From contig AP026148.1 of NCBI GenBank assembly GCA_030295235.1, positions 62,001 to 126,000 on the forward strand: DNA of 64,000 bases. The letters run 5' to 3'. The notes beneath the pieces were generated by a model. That model was not told where the DNA came from. It made no database searches and saw only the letters and a program-made list of their open reading frames with translations. The DNA is from Fistulifera solaris (lineage: Eukaryota). The translations under genes and the position numbers were made by a program. Numbering within the stretch: the stretch's first letter is position 1; every line of letters begins with the position of its first letter. This document shows, piece after piece, positions 58,430 through 64,000 of this stretch.

Positions 58430-59236
58430 CGCCCGCTCCAGAATATCTGGAAATGACAAAAATTTCTGTATGAACAAGTACGTTTGCTGTAAGATGAAAT
58501 ATTCCCTAACACGGAATTTCTGTAAGATCAAACAACTTTTTCCAGATTTTCTGTAAATAGCGGAGAATTTCTCTGTGATCGCCTACACATACACCTATTC
58601 CAGAATTTTTGTATGACAGCAAAAACAAAAAAAATCCAGAATGCCAAAACGGTTTCAATGCCAAGACGGTTTCCCCCTCATTGGGAAACGGGCTCTGGAC
58701 TTGCCCCTACTAGCACTAGAGCTCTAGAACCAGAGCCTACTCAGCGAAGTGCCAGATTGGAATATATATGACAAAATGAAACGCAAAATGGAAAATTCAG
58801 TCGAATGTCAAAATTATATTCTGACTTAATAGGAAATTAGGAATAAGAATTTAAAAACCGAAAGTAATTGTTATTCCAGATTTTCTGGAACGCGTCCACA
58901 GAATCTCAGTATGATTGCAAACAACCTCTCCAGAATTTCTAATCCTGCCGCCGAATTTCTGTATGATCGCAACCACCGATGATTGCAGAATTTCTGGAAT
59001 AGGAACAGAGTTTTCCAGATTTTCGGGGAAGCCTACACAGAATCTCGGTATGATTGCAAACGCCGATTCCAGAATTTCTGTAACTTCAACAGAACTTTTG
59101 TTTGACAGCAAAACTGATTTCCAGATTCTCTGAAACGCGTTTACAGAATCTCGGTAGGAATGCCAACATTGAGTCCAGAATTTCTGTACCTGCTGCTGAA
59201 TTTCTGTATGCTCGCAACCATCGAATTTCTGGAACC
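58430..59236. repeat. Diverged minisatellite of ~50-bp units with TCCAGAATTTCTG / GAATTTCTGTATGA cores, interrupted at about 58650-58870
   Basis: Many cores (e.g. near 58437, 58541, 58598, 58875, 58929, 59068, 59120, 59174). It is the reverse-complement relative of the 31 kb array. Confidence 0.8.
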
Positions 59237-59268
59237 TTCCTTTTTGTCTGCCGCTCTCGACGATTTGA

Positions 59269-59350
59269 TTGTCCTTATTGCAAGAGTTACCTACGGCGAT
59301 GCTGTATTGCATCGCTTTGAACATTCCCGACGACGGCGTTACTCTCTTTC
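59269..59350 (+). repeat. Direct partial duplication of the first ~80 bp of the downstream gene
   Basis: TATTGCAAGAGTTACCTACGGCGATGCTGTATTGCATCGCTTT...GACGGCGT.ACTCT occurs at about 59276 and again at about 59379. Confidence 0.9.
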
Positions 59351-59371
59351 GCTATTCTACGAGAAAGCATC

Positions 59372-60616
59372 ATGTCAATATTGCAAGAGTTACCTACGGC
59401 GATGCTGTATTGCATCGCTTTATACATTCTCCCCGACGGCGTCACTCTTTGTCATTTCGAAAGCACTTGCCGCAATGTTCGTGCGGCCTTGCAAAGTACC
59501 ATGGATCCGTGGCATGTTTTGTATTGTAAACGATGGAGTTTCCGTGATACAGGCATGTCATTCTTCGACAAGCAAGCTTACGCAGAACGACACGCGAAAG
59601 ATCGAGAAGCGAAACATTTGTGTCAAAGTATCCTTCAGCGTGCCGCAACGGCAGATCCTTCAGAAGATGTGAAAGCAAAGGAACAAGCAAACGATAAAGA
59701 TTTTCGACGACTTTTTGCCATGGGAAAAGATATTTTCGACGAATGCTGGACCGTTCACGATCAAATTCAGTCCGCAAGCGATCGAGAACGATCTAAGACT
59801 CTCTTGTTGCATCTGCAATTTGCGGCGATCATCACCGACTTGGTCAACTCGATTCATTACCAACGACCTGCATCATCCGATGAACGATTGGAACAACTAG
59901 CTATCTTAGTAAGTTTGTTGGCTTGTAACGATGCTTATCGCAATTTCGACCAATTTGCGGAAGAAGCGATACGGGCACCGCTCGAAGCCATGGCGCAAAC
60001 GGTTCGCGAACGCTTGACTGGAAGATCCTCAACAACTGCGCAGATTATTGAAACAATCCACCAATTATTCTTTCTCGAAGAAGGCTTTTCGGGGAACACG
60101 GAAGACTACTATAATATTGAGAACTCGTTCTTGCATTTCGCATTGCAACGAAAATGTGCCATCCCGATGACGCTAGCGATTCTGTACAAAGGCGTGGCAA
60201 GGAGGCTAAATGTGGAAGTGCATATTATCGGCCTTCCGGGGCAAATTGTCGTAGGAATTCCGGCGTTGGGCTATCATGTCGATGTATTCAACGGTGGGCG
60301 TGTCTTACACAGGGAGGATCTCGTTGAAATTTGTAACAGTAATGGCCACGCATTTCACGAAGAATTGTTGGATCCGTTATCTCCGGAACGTACTGTGTCG
60401 CGTATCGGTCACAACATTATGACTTGTGTTGGGCGGGCTGCAGGCAATGTTACTGCAGCTGCTAGTCCCTCAGCATTGCGTTTGATCATGGCCATTTCGC
60501 TGAATATGACACTACGTGATCCGCGTCAAACCGAATTGGTATTCGGGCAATGTCACATGAGTCTAGTGAATAGATGGAATCGATTGTATGGAAGGAGTGA
60601 CGATGAACAGCTTTGA
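59372..60616 (+). CDS. F-box-like + SirB1/transglutaminase-like (Transglut_core2) protein, FBXO21-related architecture without an evident YccV domain
   Basis: 414 aa ORF. N-terminal LQELPTAMLYCIALYI (F-box-like). GFSGNTEDYYNIENSFLHFALQRKCAIPMTLAILYKGVARRL...IGLPG...VDVFNGG is the SirB1 N-terminal signature. Confidence 0.82.
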   Translation: MSILQELPTAMLYCIALYILPDGVTLCHFESTCRNVRAALQSTMDPWHVLYCKRWSFRDTGMSFFDKQAYAERHAKDREAKHLCQSILQRAATADPSEDVKAKEQANDKDFRRLFAMGKDIFDECWTVHDQIQSASDRERSKTLLLHLQFAAIITDLVNSIHYQRPASSDERLEQLAILVSLLACNDAYRNFDQFAEEAIRAPLEAMAQTVRERLTGRSSTTAQIIETIHQLFFLEEGFSGNTEDYYNIENSFLHFALQRKCAIPMTLAILYKGVARRLNVEVHIIGLPGQIVVGIPALGYHVDVFNGGRVLHREDLVEICNSNGHAFHEELLDPLSPERTVSRIGHNIMTCVGRAAGNVTAAASPSALRLIMAISLNMTLRDPRQTELVFGQCHMSLVNRWNRLYGRSDDEQL

Positions 60617-61134
60617 AATACGGTCATGGGTTGCGCAACTGTGTTTTCCTTTTCGCATTGCAGAAAAATAATAAAGTGAGACTGCTGTCTACGCCCCACG
60701 GCCTACAAGATAATAGATTGGACACATTCCGCACCGATAAAACCAGGTAGAATCGAAAAAAGTCCTAGCGTCTCGAACTGCTGATCAATTTGGGGCTGTT
60801 TGTTAACATTTCTTTTGAAAATGCGTTAGTACATTACAATAGATTCGTTAAGTGGTCTTACTTGAGTTAATCGCTTCACTAGATTGTTCATCGTTAAGTC
60901 GGCGGCTGGTTAAGAGACAATGATTAAACAAAAAGATCCCCAAGTGCATCATCTGCGGTGTCTGGCACGTAATATAATATTTCGCCGCTGAGAAATTAGT
61001 AAACCTCGATAAAATTTGTATCCTTATAAACACATGATTCGTGAATCTAATCCAACAAATGCCTCCCCCTCATTAATTGCTCAAGTAAGCAAATTTGTCG
61101 GAGGCTATGGAAATTAAGCATGGCTGTGGAAGTA

Positions 61135-64000
61135 CTATTGCTCGCCTAACCCAAGCTCGTCTTCCATGTCGAACTCTACGTCTTCATCATCGAACGCTTC
61201 CTCGCCATCGTCTTCTAGCACTTCATCCTCGTAGTCATCTGCGTATTCATCTTCATATTCCGATGACGCATACTCAGTGTCGTCGGTTTCATCCGGCTGA
61301 ATAACGACGCTTTTGTCTTCCATGATCTTGAGCATCTGTGTCTCAAAATCCAGTAACATCTGATCTCGGTCTTGCGGGTGTATATCCGTACAAAGGTACA
61401 TCTCTTGACGATAGTAGCTTAGCGTTTTCAGTAACTCTTGCTTTTCTTCAACGGGCCTACCCTCAATACCATTGTCGGCCAGATCCTGCATAGTAGCGCT
61501 AATTTTCGAAAAAAGTCCAGGGCCATATTTTGCTTCGTGCTCATCGGCCATTTGCGGATATCCCATCTTTCTTAACGCATATGCGTTGTCACGGCGACCT
61601 TGTTGATACCAGTAGTCCTTTACGTAATCCCAGTTGTGGTAAGGGCGCCACCAGAGCTTGGGGTCGTCGTTTGTCTCCATAAAGGGTCCATCAGCGATTA
61701 TCTTGTCGGGCAAGCCCATTGGAATGTCCACCATTTTGGCATAGTCAGGATGGCCAAAAGCGCTCAGTAAGAGTGTTTCCGATGTCATGGCTCGTTCATT
61801 GGGATCTAACGGCAATGCCATGGTTTCCGGGAACCACATGAAATCGATCATACGCAAGAGACTCACTTTTTCAGGATGGTATGCCTCTAAGAAATTCTGC
61901 AGTTCACGCAACCGCTTCACGGCCTGACCGAGTTCATAGCCCGCCAATGCTTCTGGCCACGGGTCTTCGTCTGGCATGACAAAGTCTTCGTAGACAAACA
62001 AATCACCACGAATCATGTAGTACGCATACATAGCACACATGGCTTTCTCAAAAGGAACATCCAGAAAGTATTTTTCATCACCCCAGTCGAACCTTAAAGC
62101 GTCCAACTGAGCTTTCCGCTCAGGTACATGTTTCACTTCGAGACTCCCATCTCGAATTCGACGTACTATACTACCTAGTTGCATGCCACCCAAATGTTCG
62201 GGCCACCTGTCTATTGTTTTCAGCACTTTAGGAGCCGCAACGGTAGCGACTCGTGCCCGAGCAGTGACTAATTCTTCCTCTTCTTCCACCTGCTGCTCTA
62301 AGCGGCGAATTTCTGCAGCAATTATGTCTTCACCACTGTTGTCGCGGAATTGGCTGTTTCTGCTACCACGGTCATCGTCACCAAAACTCGCAATGGCCGC
62401 CGCGGCACGCGCATCGAGATCAAATTGATCAAAAGCATCCATCCCATCTTCATAATCGTCGTCATCCTCGTCCAAATCCAAGAAACCAGTGATTTCCTTG
62501 GGTATGGGTACAACAAAGAACACATCGTCATCCTTTTCATTCTTTGTAGGCTCGAAAGTCAAATTGCCATACATAGCCTTATACACGGTAAGAGCTTCGA
62601 CGACATCTTCAAAGACAAAGTCATCACCAAAGTCATCATTGAACCATGGAATATCTTTTGTTTGTTTTCCTTTTATGACTCTCTTATTGGGAGTCAAGCC
62701 TTCGATGATATTGACCTCCAGGGCCCGTTCGGTGGCCTCTTTCAAACTCTCATCCAACGTGCGTTCTTCGATGTATTCTTCTTCGACCGAGGAAGCTGGT
62801 GTCGATGACAGAATGTCTGCCCCGGACGCCATTCCTGAAGATGTTTCCGGCATTCGCGCCCCATCAAAATTCCAGCCAGAGGCCGAGGCCGAAAAATCGC
62901 CATCCTCTGAGTACACACCATCGCCCGCATCAAACGAGCCTTCCAGTAGCGCTTTGAAACCGGCATCCTCTTCGTCCTCACCGCCCCACTGCGTCGCTCG
63001 ACGTCGCGTGCCTCTCACTGGAGGAGTCCAAGCGAATCCCAAATCGTCTAGCATCTTTCGGCGCGACGGATAGTTATTCACAAACGTTCCTTGGGATCGA
63101 ATAGCATTGACACGTGCCCCTAAACGTAATCCCCACGTTGCTTCCGGCCAGCGACGGTCATTCTTGGGCACAGCAAAGGGTTGGGGGACCAATAAATCTC
63201 CATGAATGGATTTATAAGTTTGCAGCGCTAGATACACATTTTGAAAGCGCACATCATTGGCGGAGCCTGTCGCATCGAGCTCATTGACATCATTGTATTT
63301 ACTATTGTCGGTCTTTGCGGGTGAATTCCTGCTCGATTGTTTGGGCGTAGCGGATGATTCGGTCAGATACTCCCTGGTTTCCTCTTGGTAATTACCATCA
63401 ACAACGTCCACATCCGCAGTATCATTCTCCGCATCCTGTGTTCGATATCCGACTTCCGCAAACGCTCGTTGCGCCGTTGGATTCTGCGGAATGACAGTAT
63501 CACGTACTACCGGCCAAAATCGACCCAATGGCATGCCATGCACTTCCTGTGGCCACGGATCTTGCGCGGGCACGGTGAAAGTATTGGGAATCTCCGCATT
63601 GCTGTCGCTGTTTTTATTATTATTATTATTATTCAGTTTTTGATACGTCTGATACGCCAATTTGACTTGCTGCCACGAGACTTGTTGCGGTTCCGATTTA
63701 TTCGAGCGCAATTGCCAAACAAATCCCAATTGCTCGAGGGCTTTTCTTCGTTCCGGAGTCAAGTATTTCCCCGTGGCACGAATTTCGGCCACAACTTTTC
63801 CCAATTTGAGTTCATGAGCAGCTTCTGGCCATGGTTTAATATTGGGAACGACGAACCGTTGCGGTACTTTAAGATCACCGAACGCGGCTTTGTATAAACG
63901 AAAGGCTGCGAAAATTGCTTTCCATTCGGCTTCGTCGTCGTTGTCGGCGTTGTTATTATTATTAGCGTTACCGTTTGATTGACTCAAGCGTGTTCTCCAT
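61135..64000 (-). CDS. Protein with about four helicase-associated (HA)-like repeats and acidic tail; 5' end outside window
   Basis: >950 aa, frame open to the window edge. Repeated YK..xGDLxVPxxFxVP...WPE...xLG..V..IR...R...L..LGFxW units. Confidence 0.75.
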   Translation of the reverse strand, partial: WRTRLSQSNGNANNNNNADNDDEAEWKAIFAAFRLYKAAFGDLKVPQRFVVPNIKPWPEAAHELKLGKVVAEIRATGKYLTPERRKALEQLGFVWQLRSNKSEPQQVSWQQVKLAYQTYQKLNNNNNNKNSDSNAEIPNTFTVPAQDPWPQEVHGMPLGRFWPVVRDTVIPQNPTAQRAFAEVGYRTQDAENDTADVDVVDGNYQEETREYLTESSATPKQSSRNSPAKTDNSKYNDVNELDATGSANDVRFQNVYLALQTYKSIHGDLLVPQPFAVPKNDRRWPEATWGLRLGARVNAIRSQGTFVNNYPSRRKMLDDLGFAWTPPVRGTRRRATQWGGEDEEDAGFKALLEGSFDAGDGVYSEDGDFSASASGWNFDGARMPETSSGMASGADILSSTPASSVEEEYIEERTLDESLKEATERALEVNIIEGLTPNKRVIKGKQTKDIPWFNDDFGDDFVFEDVVEALTVYKAMYGNLTFEPTKNEKDDDVFFVVPIPKEITGFLDLDEDDDDYEDGMDAFDQFDLDARAAAAIASFGDDDRGSRNSQFRDNSGEDIIAAEIRRLEQQVEEEEELVTARARVATVAAPKVLKTIDRWPEHLGGMQLGSIVRRIRDGSLEVKHVPERKAQLDALRFDWGDEKYFLDVPFEKAMCAMYAYYMIRGDLFVYEDFVMPDEDPWPEALAGYELGQAVKRLRELQNFLEAYHPEKVSLLRMIDFMWFPETMALPLDPNERAMTSETLLLSAFGHPDYAKMVDIPMGLPDKIIADGPFMETNDDPKLWWRPYHNWDYVKDYWYQQGRRDNAYALRKMGYPQMADEHEAKYGPGLFSKISATMQDLADNGIEGRPVEEKQELLKTLSYYRQEMYLCTDIHPQDRDQMLLDFETQMLKIMEDKSVVIQPDETDDTEYASSEYEDEYADDYEDEVLEDDGEEAFDDEDVEFDMEDELGLGEQ

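Noticed and set aside
58851..59324. 157-aa ORF and overlapping ORFs
   Set aside because: They lie within the minisatellite; no protein-like signal beyond the repeat.

Overview
Gene-dense eukaryotic DNA with short GT-AG introns (about 60-150 nt), most consistent with a diatom. That assignment is inferred from the compact introns, a signal peptide plus ASAF-like plastid motif, RxL propeptide motifs and stramenopile-style HA-repeat proteins. The left part encodes an UNC-45/UCS myosin chaperone (runs off the window), a p300/CBP-type acetyltransferase with a second bromodomain inside the HAT domain, a catalytically degenerate IGPS-like protein, a myosin, a J-domain protein with Cys/His repeats plus a truncated copy, a fucokinase/fucose-1-P guanylyltransferase, an EST1/SMG-like protein and a prokaryote-type beta-propeller protein. 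The standout is a ~20 kb cluster (31.5-51.7 kb) of seven paralogous secreted proteins. Each is built as signal peptide + Kazal inhibitor domain + propeptide ending in RxL + Bacillus-type glutamyl-endopeptidase-like protease, six of them with a small Cys-rich tail. The right part encodes a SAM methyltransferase, a bacterial-type aspartase, an F-box/SirB1-like gene with a decayed paralog, and an HA-repeat protein. Non-coding elements include a MITE-like inverted repeat, a dispersed ~52-bp palindrome-cored minisatellite family and a recurring TACCWGGTA palindrome. Many single-base frameshifts in short base runs are probably assembly errors. All assignments come from motif recognition and hand translation; no database search was run.
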